A stretch of 64,000 nucleotides of DNA from Felis catus (Eukaryota), in NCBI RefSeq assembly GCF_018350175.1, contig NC_058373.1, forward strand, positions 118,360,001 to 118,424,000, read 5' to 3'. Position 1 is the stretch's first letter; the number at the start of each line of letters is the position of its first letter. The translations under genes were made by a program, and so were the position numbers. Positions 13,324 to 25,772 of this stretch are shown piece by piece. Under the pieces are notes generated by a model, which had not been told where the DNA came from, made no database searches, and worked only from the letters and a program-made list of their open reading frames with translations.

Positions 13324-13549
13324 TACTTTAAATTAGGTTGCTGGATTCTGTCTGTTAATATTTTGTCAAAAGTTTTGTGTTAATATCTATACAATAATTT
13401 AGTTTGTAGTTTCCTTCTCTTATGCTGTCAAGTTTTAGAATGCTACACATATAAAAAGAAATTTCTAAGTTTATAAAATGAATTTGGAAGGCTCTGATGA
13501 ACAAATAAAGCATGACTTTCATCTTTTCGTTAAAAGATTAATAGTTCCC

Positions 13550-13715
13550 AAGGCACTTGGGTGGCTCAGTTGGTTAAACATCTGGCTCTTGATTTCAGCT
13601 TGGGTCATGATCTTGTGGTTCGAGGGGTTGAGCCTTACGCTTGGCAGTGCAGAGCCTGCTTGGGATTCTCTCTCTCCTTTTCTCTCTGCTCCTCCCCCAC
13701 TCACACATGCATGCA

Positions 13716-13749
<34 letters not shown>

Positions 13750-13775
13750 ATAAATGAGTACACTTAAAAAAAATA
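13550..13775 (+). mobile_element. CAN-SINE
   Basis: Head ggcacttgggtggctcag, (CT)n, A-tail. Confidence 0.9.
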
Positions 13776-13957
13776 TATTAATTGGTATGTTAGGGTTGGA
13801 AAGTAGAAAAAGGGAGGTAGGTAACTTTTACATATTACGATATTTCTTCTACAGGAGTTGGTCTTTTTATATTTTGTTTCTTTGGAGTTAGTTTTGGTCA
13901 TTTATACAACCCAAGAATATTACCAATTCTATCCATGTTTTCAAGTTTATTTGCCTA

Positions 13958-14062
13958 TATTTTTTTTTAAGAGAGAGAAAGAGAAAGGGCAAGAGTAGGG
14001 GAGAGAGGCAGAGGAAGGGGGAGAGGGAAAGGGGGGGGAGAGAGAGGGAAGGGGAGAGGGGG

Positions 14063-14107
<45 letters not shown>

Positions 14108-14227
14108 TCTTAGGCTCCATACTCAGAGTAGAGTCTGATGCAGTGCTTGATCCCATGACCCTGGGATCATGACCTGAGCCAAAATCAAGAGTTAGATACT
14201 CAACTGACTGGGTCACCCAGGCACCCC
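13958..14227 (-). mobile_element. CAN-SINE with expanded purine/(GA)n tract
   Basis: Head at 14160-14227; long GA/G-rich microsatellite. Confidence 0.88.
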
Positions 14228-14463
14228 TATAGAATCTTTATTTTAAAAATGCCATTGGTATCTGTGATTATTTTCCCATTTTATTTTTTTTTGTGCATTC
14301 GTGCACAAAAGTATATTTAGTAACTTTTAATTTAGTATTAACATTGTACATCAAAATACACGTTACATGTTAGGTAAGCCACTGGATCAGAAATACTGAA
14401 ATAGCAAGAGCCCTACTTTCTGTACCATGGCTATATGCTTACACGCAAAATAAAAAAAGCCTG

Positions 14464-15285
14464 TGTGATACTGTGATTTATAAGAAACACAGATTTGGTC
14501 ATTCAGATAACCACAATATATTTCTCATATATATTTGGTCTTCATCCACAGTTCCTGACTCACAGCTCCCAAAATCTTTGGAATTTCCTGAGTATTGAGA
14601 GTGATAAAGGTGTCTTTTGTTCCATAAAGGAGGCAACTTTCTTGGAAAACACCTAAGGATGGCAGCTGGTTGCCAGGAGGACCAACCATGTGAATAAAGG
14701 GTTGGATCTGTCAGTCTCACCTCCCAACCCCTGGAGAGGGAAGAGGGGCTAGAAACTGAATCAGCCAATGACTTAGTCAATTATGACTATGTAATGATAC
14801 CTCATAAAAACCCAAAAGGACAGTTTTTTGGCTTTTATTTTTGGAGTGCTTCCATACTTGGGTAACCAGAACATTTTCACATGCCACCAAGCCAGTCCCC
14901 AAGCTCCATGAGGCCAGAAGTTACTTTGTTCAAAACCTCACCCTATATATCTCTTTATCTCACTGTTGATTCATACCCTTTATCATGTCCTTTCATCAAC
15001 TATTAAATGTAAGTGTCCCCTTGAGTTCTGTGGGCAGCTCTAGCCAATCTCTAAGGAGATCATTGGATCTCCAATCTGTAACTGGTTACTCAAAAACACA
15101 GGTTAACAGCCTGGGGCTTGTGACTGGCATCTGAAGTAGGGGGTGAGAGGAAAGTCTTATAGGACTGAAGCATGAAACTGGAATCTGATGAATTCTCAAA
15201 CACTACGCTGGTGTCTAAGAGCTGCTTGGTGTTGCTAGGGCAGGGGGTGGGGAGATGATCCCCCTCACCATGTTCTAATGGACAA
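14464..15285. mobile_element. Solo LTR, MER21-like (ERVL-related)
   Basis: Starts TGTGATACTGTGATTTATAAGAAA, followed by atatttggtcttc...gttcctg...cagctcccaaaatctttggaatttcctgag, matching MER21-type LTR text from memory. 3' boundary uncertain. Confidence 0.7.
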
Positions 15286-15865
15286 CACAAAAAACCCTAT
15301 TATTAAAATACTACCTCTTAAAACTTCTAGCACAATGGCAATCCTTATCTTAGAAAGAAATGGGGCCCAGAACAACTTGGCAGATCACTTAATATAGCAA
15401 AATGTTGGTCCAGGAGGTAAACACATCCAATTCCAGCCATTCATGTGCTCAATTCTCCATTTGGTCTATCCGATTTGTACATACCAGCCCACTTCTTGGT
15501 TCAGGATTATAACCTTAAACCAATGGAATGAAGTCCTTCCATCTCATTTAGCAGTGAATTGAATTAGATCAGTTTACAAACAATACTAATAAGCATAAAT
15601 CCTGTATCTAGCCCCTCAAATCTCCCAAATTTGAAGATAATATGAAATCCAGAATCTATCCAACAGAAGGTCCATTTTAGCATTCTGTATGTATTCTACA
15701 TAACTAGAGAATTAAGATTTTAATTACAAATCAAAGGACTGATGAACTGGCTTAGATTCCAGCAACTGATTTTAACCGAAAATAACACTAGCATTTTAAA
15801 ATATAATGTTAGTACGCAATTACAAGTAAACTTAGTATATTACTTTAACTGATGAAGCATACTGG

Positions 15866-16092
15866 TTTTTTTTGTTTTTGTTTTTTTTTTAACGTTTTAT
15901 TTATTTTTGAGACAGGGAGAGACAGAGCATGAACAAGGGAGGGTCAGAGAGAGGGAGACACAGAATCTGAAACAGGCTCCAGGCTCTGAGCCGTCAGCAC
16001 AGAGCCCAACGCGGGGCTCGAACTCACGGACCGCGAGATCGTGACCTGGCCGAAGTCAGACGCTTAACCGACTGCGCCACCCAGGCGCCCCC
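15866..16092 (-). mobile_element. CAN-SINE (felid type)
   Basis: CpG-rich body; TSD-like tgaag(c/t)atactg. Confidence 0.93.
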
Positions 16093-16111
16093 TGAAGTAT
16101 ACTGTTTTAAT

Positions 16112-16582
16112 CAACGGTTCTCAAAATTTTTGGTCACAGGACCCAATTACACTGAGGACCCCAAAGCATTTTTGTTTGTGTCATTTATATCTATTGATAA
16201 TTTTACTATATTAGAAATTAAAACTAAGAACTTTTAAAAATATTTAATTCATTGAAAAATAATAATAAATGCATTTACATGTTAATGTAAATGGCATTTA
16301 ATGGAAAATAACTATATCAAAATGAAACAATTTTGTGAGAAGGGTGGCACTGTTTCACATTTCTGCAAATCTCCCTAATATCTGGCTTAATAGAAAACTA
16401 GATTCTCAAATTTGGCTAATATCTGGCTTAATAGAAAACTAGATTCTCAAATTTGCATCTAGATTCAATCTATTGGAATATGTCGTTTTGATACATATTT
16501 TCACACACAGATATATAGTTGGAAAAGAAAGTACTTCAGGATCTCACGAAAAGATTTTGGGGACCTCACTTTGAGAACCACT
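16112..16582. mobile_element. hAT-Charlie (Charlie1-like) non-autonomous DNA transposon
   Basis: Termini caacggttctcaaa / tttgagaaccacta form TIRs; internal gaggaccccaaag text. Confidence 0.75.
16375..16455. repeat. 41-bp-period tandem duplication
   Basis: ctaatatctggcttaatagaaaactagattctcaaatttg occurs at 16375 and 16416. Confidence 0.92.
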
Positions 16583-16650
16583 ACATTAAGTTTTTATAGG
16601 TAATACTTCACTTCTAACATTAAAATTCCTCCTCCATTAAAAAAATTATT

Positions 16651-16822
16651 GGGGCACCTGGGTGGCTCAGTCAGTTAAGTGTCTGACTCTTGATATGTGC
16701 TCAGGTCATGATCTCACGGTTCACAAGATTGAGCCCCATGTCAGGCTCTGCACTAAGCATAGAACCGCTTGGGATTCTCTTTCTCCCTCTCTCTCTCTCA
16801 AAATAAACACTTAAAAAAAAAA
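16651..16822 (+). mobile_element. CAN-SINE
   Basis: ggggcacctgggtggctcag head, tail. Confidence 0.9.
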
Positions 16823-18076
16823 GATGATCTCTGTTACACTAGCAGAATTGCAAGACAAGGTTTGAAACCTACTTTAATTAATTACTAATTAAATTGTAAT
16901 ACTAAATTGTACTTATACAGGCACCAGTATACTTTAACATACTTGGCAGAGATCAAACTAGTTGCAGTTCCACTTGATTACAGTCTAGTAATCACATTTC
17001 TATTTCCAGTAATTGCATATTCTGTATCTCCCATTCTCTGGAGTAGCTATTCTAATGTCTTCAAATCTAATTCCACAACTCTCCTCACTCTTCTACAGAT
17101 GTCTTCACTTCCTATTTCCTTGAGAAAATATGCCTTTAAACTCCAATTTTAAGCCACCAACACCATAAATGTAAGGCATTTACACACCGTTTGTTACCTT
17201 TGCTACTATTAAAATAGAAGCAGCATCCTTCCTCCATCTAAAACAAATCCACTTTCTACATGCTTCTTAAAGGCCCTTTAGTTATGCTCAAGTCTCTCCT
17301 ACCTTAAAAACAAAATTCAACATAAAATCAAACTACCAGTGATTTATAGACTTTAACTGAGTAAACTTTATGGTATGTAAATTATATCCAGTAAAACTGG
17401 TAAAAACAACAATAAAACACAGCTTTTCAACCTCACACTCCCTTTGCTACTCTGCCTTTCTGCTCTCCTTTGAAGACAAACGTTTTCATTAAAAATTTTT
17501 TTAACTACCTTATTGAGGTATAACTGACATATAATGAACTATATATATTTAAAGTTACAATATGCTGAGTTCTTGCAACCTGAGAAACCATGATCACAAT
17601 CAATATAATAATCAGCCATCACCACTAAAAGTTTTCTTGTGGGCTTTGTAATACTTCCCTTTCTCCCCTCCCCATCTTCACACAACCTTGTCTGATGAAC
17701 TTCTCGAATTAGTAATCTCTAGATTTGTCATCTTCCTTCTTATTTTGCATCCATTCACTCCTCAATCTAGACTCCATCCTTATGACTCCACTGTAAGTGC
17801 TATCATTAGAATCACCAGGACTTTCAAATTTTTAAATTAATGAAGTTTCATTTTCTCCTCGATAGCACTTGACCACTTTCTCCTTCCTTTGAAACTTGGC
17901 TTCTGAGATCACACTCTTCAGGTTCCCCTTATACCTCTCTGGCTACTCATTCTTATTCTCCTTTGAAGATAACCCATTTCACTGCCTGTCCCTTCTATGT
18001 TTGTCCTAGGCCCCCCTCTCCTCTCACTTCTTCTAGGCAATCTCACTTACTCATGACTTCAATGATAATTTATATA

Positions 18077-18172
18077 TAGTCAACTCTCATTATTCAAGGA
18101 TTCCTTATTTGCAAATTTGCCTACTTACTAGAATTTATTTGTAATCTCAAAATGAAAACTCATGGTGTTTGT
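18077..18172. mobile_element. TcMar-Tigger fragment (Tigger4/MER46-like end)
   Basis: agtcaactctcattattcaaggattccttatttgcaaatttgcctactt after TA; only one end visible. Confidence 0.55.
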
Positions 18173-19019
18173 GGTTAAGTAGGTATCTTCATGTCCGTCT
18201 TTCCTAGACACCTCAAAAGGAATTCATCTTCTCTACCTCAAACGTGTTCTTCCTCAGTGAGCATGCTCACCACCTTACTAGTTGTCTACATGGGAAACTT
18301 TTTATACCAACTCATCAGTAGTTCAGAATTCAGTAGTCCCCAAGGCAAGGCCAGATAAGACATCATTTGTCCAGCTATATTTGAGGAAATTCATCTATTT
18401 TTAGGCTATAGAAAATAATTCAGGTTCTGATTCTCCTATCCAACCATATGGCATTTGTACTTAAGTGCATGGGGTGGAAAGGGAAGGCAGATAAGGGGTG
18501 GGGAGCCACAACGTAGAAGAGGGGATGAATGTTTTGTCGAAAGGATTTCAAAACACCATTTGGAGAAGATCATACAAAAAACGTCCTAAGTAAGGTGTCC
18601 TGCCTGCATAAGATGTAAATCTTACATCTTAAATGTTTATCTCTAAGGCACATCTAATCAGCTGTTTCTTATGACAAATGACAGTACCAATGAATGATAG
18701 TGAACCTTAGTTATCACACACAAAATACTTAAAAGTTGTATATTTCATAGCCAATTGGAAGTGCTTCGATTAATTTTACTTCAATTATTTCAGTACTATA
18801 TACCAGCCTCTCAGAACCCGGTGAATGAGGTTTTTAAAAATATATATATGTTTATTTATTACAAATATAACATGTTCATGACAAGAAATGTCACTAGTTC
18901 CTTTGGATACATAGTGAAAAGTAAAAAGATCCCCAAACCTTCACACCCATTCTGTAATTCATATTTATTTGTGTCTTCTTAACAGGTATTTCTTATATAT
19001 ATAAGCAGATATATAGATT

Positions 19020-19086
19020 TTTTTCTTTAAAAAAATTTTTAACATTTATTTATTATTTTTGAGAGACAGAGCACAAGTGGGGGAGT

Positions 19087-19140
<54 letters not shown>

Positions 19141-19263
19141 CTGAAGCAGGCTCCAGGCTCCGAGCTGTTTGCACAGAGCCTGACGTGGGGCTCTCACAAA
19201 CCATGAGATCACTACCTAAGCTGAAGTCAGACACTTAACAGACTGAGCCACCCAGGCACCCCA
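19020..19263 (-). mobile_element. CAN-SINE with long (GA)n
   Basis: SINE head/body; (GA)n at 19089-19135; TSD-like agattttttcttt. Confidence 0.92.
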
Positions 19264-19869
19264 GATTTTTTCTTTTTAACTATAAACAGAATCATACTAT
19301 GCATACTGTTCGTGCCCTGCCTTTATCACTTAATAATACACTAAAGTCATCTTTCTGTATGAGCATGTCAGAGAATATTCTTTCAGTGTTTCCTCTGTCA
19401 GTCAATGATCATCACCTCTATCAGTTTGGGACAAGAAACCAGGTATCAGCCTTAACACCATTCTTTTTCATTCCCTAGGTTCAGTCCATTTCCAATTCCT
19501 ATTGCCTTTATCTCTTAATTATCTCTCAATTTACTTCATTTCTTTTCGTCTCCACAGTTAACCATCTTAGTCCAGACTAAACATGATCTCTCCTCTGGAT
19601 TATTGTAATAATCTTTCACCAGACTCTTTGCACCTACTATGGACTACCTCCAAACCACACCACACGCACAGTCCCAGTTTGGGAAGAGGAAAAAGTTCTG
19701 GAGATGGGTGGTGCTGATGACTGCATAACAATATGAATGTTACTAATATTAGTGTACTATGCACACAGAAATGGTTAAAATGGTGAATTTTATGTTACAT
19801 ATTTTACCACAATAAAATGAACAAAAGATGAAAAAAACCCACACCATTTAGTGGCTTCCAGTAACTCTT

Positions 19870-20098
19870 TTTTAAAAAAAAATTTTTTTTTTCAACGTTT
19901 TTTATTTATTTTTGGGACAGAGAGAGACAGAGCATGAACGGGGGAGGGGCAGAGAGACAGGGAGACACAGAATCGGAAACAGGCTCCAGGCTCCGAGCCA
20001 TCAGCCCAGAGCCCGACGCGGGGCTCGAACTCACGGACTGCGAGATCGTGACCTGGCTGAAGTTGGACGCTTAACCGACTGCGCCACCCAGGCGCCCC
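19870..20098 (-). mobile_element. Young SINEC_Fc-like CAN-SINE
   Basis: CpG-rich; perfect TSD tccagtaactctt (19857-19869 / 20099-20111). Confidence 0.96.
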
Positions 20099-20391
20099 TC
20101 CAGTAACTCTTAAAGTCCAAAATCCTTAACATGGCCTACATGGGCCCCACCCTATTTCTTTCCAGGTTCATCTCATATAACTTCTTACACCATAGCCTTC
20201 CCTTTTTAAAAAGCACTTATCTCAGTTTGTAATCATATTAATGCAAATATCTAATTAAAGTCTGTCTTCCTACAAGGACACTATCAACTCTACAAGAGCA
20301 AGAACTGTCTTTTTATTTACCACTTAGCATATGTCTGGTGCACAGTAGGTGTTCAAAAAATTTTATTAAATGAATACAGACCTACCTTATT

Positions 20392-20552
20392 CTTTTTTGT
20401 GTGTGTGTGACGTTTATTTATTATTGAGAGAGAGAGACAGAGCATGAGCAGGGGAGGGACAGAGAGAGAGGGAGACACAGAATCCAAAGCAGGCTCCAGG
20501 CTCTGAGCTGTCAGCACAGACGCTTAATGGACTGAGCCACCCAGGCGCCCCT
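20392..20552 (-). mobile_element. CAN-SINE with internal deletion
   Basis: cagcacaga joined directly to cgcttaa; central part missing relative to neighbouring copies. Confidence 0.88.
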
Positions 20553-20715
20553 CTTGTTTTTTAATAGTGGCAAAGAATTCCACTTAATGGATTCCTAACT
20601 TCTTTATCTAATCCCAGAATGATGGGCATTTAACTTGTTTCCAGATTTTTGCTATCAAACGATGCTAAGATGACCACTTTTGCCAGTATATCTGTGAATG
20701 TACTTAAATGTAATT

Positions 20716-20829
20716 CTTTTTTTTAAGTTTATTTTTTTTTAGTAATTTCCATACCCAACTTGGGGCTCAAACTCATTACCCCAAGATCAAGAGTTGCATG
20801 TTCTTCCAATTGAGCCAGCTAGGTGCCCC
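20716..20829 (-). mobile_element. Short older CAN-SINE variant
   Basis: TSD ttaaatgtaattctt. Confidence 0.82.
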
Positions 20830-21171
20830 TTAAATGTAATTCTTAAATGTAAAATGTCTGGTCAAATGAAAAGTGCATTTAAAATTTTAACTGATATTTC
20901 CAAATTGCTCTCCTAATAGGTTATAATTTATATTCCAAGCAATCAACAATGTGTAAGAGTACCCATTTCCACACTACTCGTATAATCAAAATGAGCCTAT
21001 TTTGGGGGGGTGAGGTTGGGGGAAGTGAAGAGTGTTAGTTTTTGTATGAGAGGGTTTTTTTCATATCTTAATATCATGCCAAAAATTTTTAAATAAAATA
21101 TTTAAGTTTATTATTCCTATAAAAGAACTTATTTCAGCGAATAAGTAGCAAAGCTAAGTGATTAGGATTTC

Positions 21172-21244
21172 TTTTTTTTTTTTCTTTGAGAGACTGTGTG
21201 CACAAGCAGGGTAGAGGGACAGAAGGCGGGGGAGAGAAAGAGAA

Positions 21245-21301
<57 letters not shown>

Positions 21302-21419
21302 CAGAAGAGAGAGAAAGCAGGATCCTTACTAAGTCTGGAAACCTATGACCCTAGGATCAATACCTGAGCTGAAATCAAGAGTCAAGACACTTAATCAACT
21401 TGAGCCACCCAGGCACCCC
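21172..21419 (-). mobile_element. CAN-SINE with (GA)n(GACA)n
   Basis: Head gagccacccaggcacccc; compound microsatellite. Confidence 0.88.
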
Positions 21420-22111
21420 AGAAAATGCTTAGTAATTGACAGACTGCGGAAAAATTTGTATATTTTTCATGTATTTATTTAAAACGTATATTCTATAAAT
21501 CACTTTTCTGTCATATAGATTTTTTTCCTTTCTGAAGCTTCAGGCTATGTTTCAATCAATGGTAGAAAATCACAATAAGACTATGTATACATAAGAATAT
21601 GTACAAAATAGAGAAATATGTTAACATTTTATATTAGACTAAATTTTTTTCTGGAAGATATTAACATTTTGGTCTAGTTCCTTCTATTTTTTTATATCCA
21701 CACTTAATACCCCTCATAGCATGCTTATATAATTATAAATTACTTCTTTTCACTAAAGAGTATAACATGCACACTTCTTTCATGACCTTAAATGTGACCC
21801 TTCTTCGGAGTGTCAAGTAATAGTAAGAAAAAACACCTATATGGCACCCCCTTCTCTAGATCTTCATTATGTTATTACTTCTTTGAGCTTCCATTTTCTG
21901 ATCTTACAGGTGAAGGCATTAGTTTAAATGACCTCTGTAAGATTAACAGTTATAAGATTAAAGAGAAAATTCCTTTTGATTTAACTCTTTTAAGATTTTC
22001 TAGAACACACCAGGCCTGTATTTAAGAAAACAGACTCCCTATTCCCTCTGCTCCACCACTTAGTAAACATTTACCACTCAAAATAATTTCATTTGTAATA
22101 ATTTGGGACTT

Positions 22112-22330
22112 GGGAGCACCTGGGTGGCTCAGTTTGTTAAGTGTCCGACTTTTGGCTCAGGTTGTGATCTCTAGGTTTGTGAGTTCAAGCCCCACATCAG
22201 GCTCTCTTTTTCAGATCCTCTGTCACCCTCTCTCTGTCTCTCCCCTGCTTGTGCTCACTCACTCTCTCTCAAAAATAAACAAAACAAAACAAGGAAAGCT
22301 ATCCATTCAAAATTGTTATTAAAAAAAAAT
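22112..22330 (+). mobile_element. CAN-SINE about 300 bp into the intron downstream of the NUMB donor
   Basis: SINE head and body; TSD-like taataatttggga with (AAT)n expansion to about 22360. Confidence 0.88.
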
Positions 22331-22636
22331 AATAATAGTAATAGTAATAATAATAATAATTTGGGATTTTTAGGTATTTCAGGATTAGTTTTTCATCAGA
22401 AATGATCTTATTTGTAGTGATTCTAGAGTATATATCAGAAATTCCTATTTAAATATAAAGAGAAAAAAAAATCACTAATTATAATTGTTTTCTTTATTAA
22501 TTCTACCTTGAAGCTGAAGATGAAGAGATTCATTTTTAGAGGGTTCTCTTTTAATTGTCCTAATTAATAGGATTTCACACACAATAGACTATCAATTCTT
22601 TTCCACATCTAGAATTACAGAAGCACGAGCTCTTAC

Positions 22637-22762
22637 CTTAACTGGGAAGCTACATTTTCCAGTACGAACCCCTTCTTCATCTGTCTGCCACTGATGTGGA
22701 CGACTGGCCTCTGGAACATAAACATCTTTCTTTCTCCTAAAACTTTGCCGTAGTTTATTCAT
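22637..22762 (-). CDS. NUMB: NUMB endocytic adaptor protein, first coding exon (codons 1-42; partial CDS, continues beyond the left edge of the window)
   Basis: Reverse complement translates to [42 protein letters not shown], the mammalian NUMB N-terminus leading into the PTB domain. ATG at 22760-22762 has A at -3. Phase-0 donor AAG|GTAAGA at 22637/22636. Confidence 0.98.
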
Positions 22763-22805
22763 TTTAATTTTTACAACCTGCAGACAGAGTAAAAGAAATA
22801 TGAAA
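22763..22805 (-). other. NUMB: NUMB exon 5'UTR part (15 nt, 22763-22777) and its 3' splice site
   Basis: Minus strand reads tatttcttttactctgtctgcag|GTTGTAAAAATTAAA-ATG: polypyrimidine tract plus CAG. Whole exon 22637-22777 = 141 nt. Confidence 0.93.
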
Positions 22806-24439
22806 AAGAAGTTATTATCTTCTCATATATTTAAACTTTGGATTACTATGCTGATAAAAAACTAATGTTCCAAACTAAACATTTTGGTTTAATAGAAAAT
22901 GAGCAATTAGTATCCCTCTTCTTAGAGTGACTCTAAGCTCAAACAAATCATTTCATTTTTCAAAAAAACAACTATAATACTAATTCAAATAACTTGTATG
23001 ATTTGAAGAGACGTTATTCTAAGAAGTTTCAAGCATTTTAATTGTAAAAATCCAATGAATATTCCTATTGATCTACCCCTCAAATCCATTCTAATTCCTG
23101 AATAAGGAAATCTGTACATGTAGGTCAAATTATAGACTGCTAACGATTTCTGAAAACATTTTGAAAACTTTCATACGTATTAGGAAAAAAACCATTTCTA
23201 AACACTAAAATTTAGGACCTTTTTGACTTACTATTAGAAAACATTAAACAAAGCATGGACTGTAACCACCTTTTCATAAAGATGTTTTATAAAAAGGAAG
23301 AAAATAAAGTTTCCTTTAAACATACTTAAAGAAGAAGTTCTACTAGGATTAAATTATTCTAAAGAAAAAAAATTCTTGCAAGTAGTATAACATCAGAATG
23401 TACTTTCATATCTATAATTATTACAGAATGAAAGTAAACTAATAGCTTTCCATTATAAAGGTCCAAGTCTCATCATTAACTCTGTAAATTAAAAGGGATT
23501 AAACTATAGTCATTTTTGGTTTTGTTACTAGAAGAGGTACCTCTCTAATGCCTTCAGTAGAAATCACAAAACTACAGGGAAGGAAGACCTAACTGATAAA
23601 AAACAACAGGACATTCAAGAACCTATGAATAAATGTAATGAATAAGTGTCCCTTTACAGAACGGGTCTCAAAATCTGAAACCAATATCTCCAGTTTTCCG
23701 TTAAGGAGCATAGCATTGTTCATTCTTTCCCTGAAGGGATTTAACCACCTCAACCAGCCTCAAAGAGATCTTAACTTTTGAAAATGATGTGACAAAGGTA
23801 TAAAAGGAAACATCTCTGTCAGAGTGTTAAATAGCAAGGAATTGAACATTAGTTCCCACATGACACCAATGAAAAGCTTCAAAAATCAAAGTTAGCATTC
23901 TGAGGAAAATAATTTTGTATTTTAAAATGCATAATGCCACACCAGAACTATTACTAAATTAGCTAATTTGCACAGACGAGCCAATCTTACCACACATCTT
24001 CTTAAAAGGTAAAAATTCTGACAAATGGCAATGTAAAAACCCCTGGGTTTTCTAAAAATGAATTTATTTTTTCTCAAATCACAATTGATTTGTAGAGTAT
24101 ATGAAGTAGATACTAAATAATCACACGACTGGACAAAAGGTAGTCCACTCTTTTGCCTTTAAGTAGATGACTCATTCCTAAACTACTTTAAATAAGAGTC
24201 TACCTTAATCTAATAGGCTCCCCTCATTCCTCCCCAAAATTCCACAACCTTTCCTGACAATACATCCTGTTATTACTTCCTCGTATCATACTTTAAAACA
24301 TACACACAAATATAAGAAAATAAAAAAAAACCTATATCCTTGCTCAAGTTGGCACTCTGAGAATCTTGAGGTAAAAAGCCCAAGAGATTCCTTTCTTCTT
24401 AATTTCTTTCTCTTAGCAAAAAAAGAGGCGTAGGGGGGT

Positions 24440-25225
24440 AACCTACACTCAGTTGTCCTGGTCAGACACCTGAAAGTCATCTCCTCATTCACTCTTTCTC
24501 TGACCAACAATTCTGCTGCTTTTGCCTCCTTAGTATATCTTGAATTCATTCCCCCACCCACCACATCAGTTCTATCCTCAGACATTTTTGTGTAAATTAT
24601 TGCCAAAGTCTATTACTTAATGGTTGCTTTGCTTCCAAGAAAGGTCCATTCTAATCTGTTCTCTTGATTACTGCCAGAGTGCTTTATAAAACACAAATCT
24701 GACCATGCAATTACTCAGCTTAAAATCCTTCACTTGCTTCACAATACTTTCCAGATAAAGTCCAAATTCCTAAACTTGGCAAAACACAGTCCTTTTTCAT
24801 CTGGCTTCACTCACCAATCCCCATTGACATGCTAAGCTCCAGCCACACTAAACTACTTACAACTCTCCAAACAAGGCATGCCCTCTTTCAGAGCCTATTT
24901 GTGTGTTCCTCCATCTGCCTAGCAAGACCTTTCCCCATTTGCCTCTGATTAAAGTCTACTCATCTTTGAAGAGTCAACTTGGGAGTCTTCAGGGAAGCTA
25001 GTAGCATTGTCTTCTTGACAAGCCCCTAGCTGGATGGGGTTAGGTCCTTCCATTTCATATGATTCCCATTAATATCCTTGGATTACTTCTTTTACTGCAC
25101 TCATCAAAACTAACAGCAATTTTCTATTTCCTTAATAGTAAACTCTATCTTATTTATTTAAATACTACCCCTGCATCTTAACACAGGATCTCTCATATAC
25201 ATGGCACACTATAAATTTGAAGAAA
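24440..25225 (+). mobile_element. L2 relic
   Basis: acacaaatctgaccatg...gcttaaaatccttcac, ctccagccacactaaactac. Confidence 0.7.
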
Positions 25226-25531
25226 TAAAAGATAAAATAGACCCCCATCATATTAGATAATATTTACCAGGTAGGATAAATGTAGACATATAGGAGCAGA
25301 GAGAATCACCGGTGTTGGAAGAGACTGCAGAGATAATGGTAGGCCAGCCTCCCACTGACAAAAGAACCACCTTGACAACTTCCCTTAAAGGAAGACATAC
25401 GGTCTCTGTCTAAATAACTCTAGTATAGGTTTATTTCATCTTTGGGCAGTTACTTATTGTTGTACATTCTGCTGACCAATAAGAGAACAGAATAGAAGTA
25501 TCAAGATTTGGAATCTAAATATCTTGTGACT

Positions 25532-25772
25532 GGGACCCGAGTGGCTCAGTTGGTTAAGCGTCCAACTCTTGGTTTCAGCTCAGATTATGACCTCATAGTT
25601 CATGAGTTTGAGCCCTGCTTAGGGCTCTGTGTTGACAGTGTGGAGCCTGCCCACACTGAGCCTGCCCATTCTCTCCCCGCCCTACCCCCCCCCCACCGCT
25701 CTCTCCCCGACCCGCTGCTCTCTCCCTGTCCCTCCCCTGTGCATACTGTATCTCTCAAAAATTAAAAAAAAA
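25532..25772 (+). mobile_element. CAN-SINE with C-rich expansion
   Basis: Head, body, tail; TSD-like atcttgtgact. Confidence 0.88.

Noticed and set aside
1..22630. Next NUMB coding exon (YLGHVEVDESRGMHICEDAVKRLK)
   Set aside because: Not found by eye on the minus strand; presumed to lie beyond the left edge.
23326..23411. 86-nt exon-like segment (attatag|...TAA|gtatgt)
   Set aside because: Weak acceptor in very AT-rich sequence; expected by chance.
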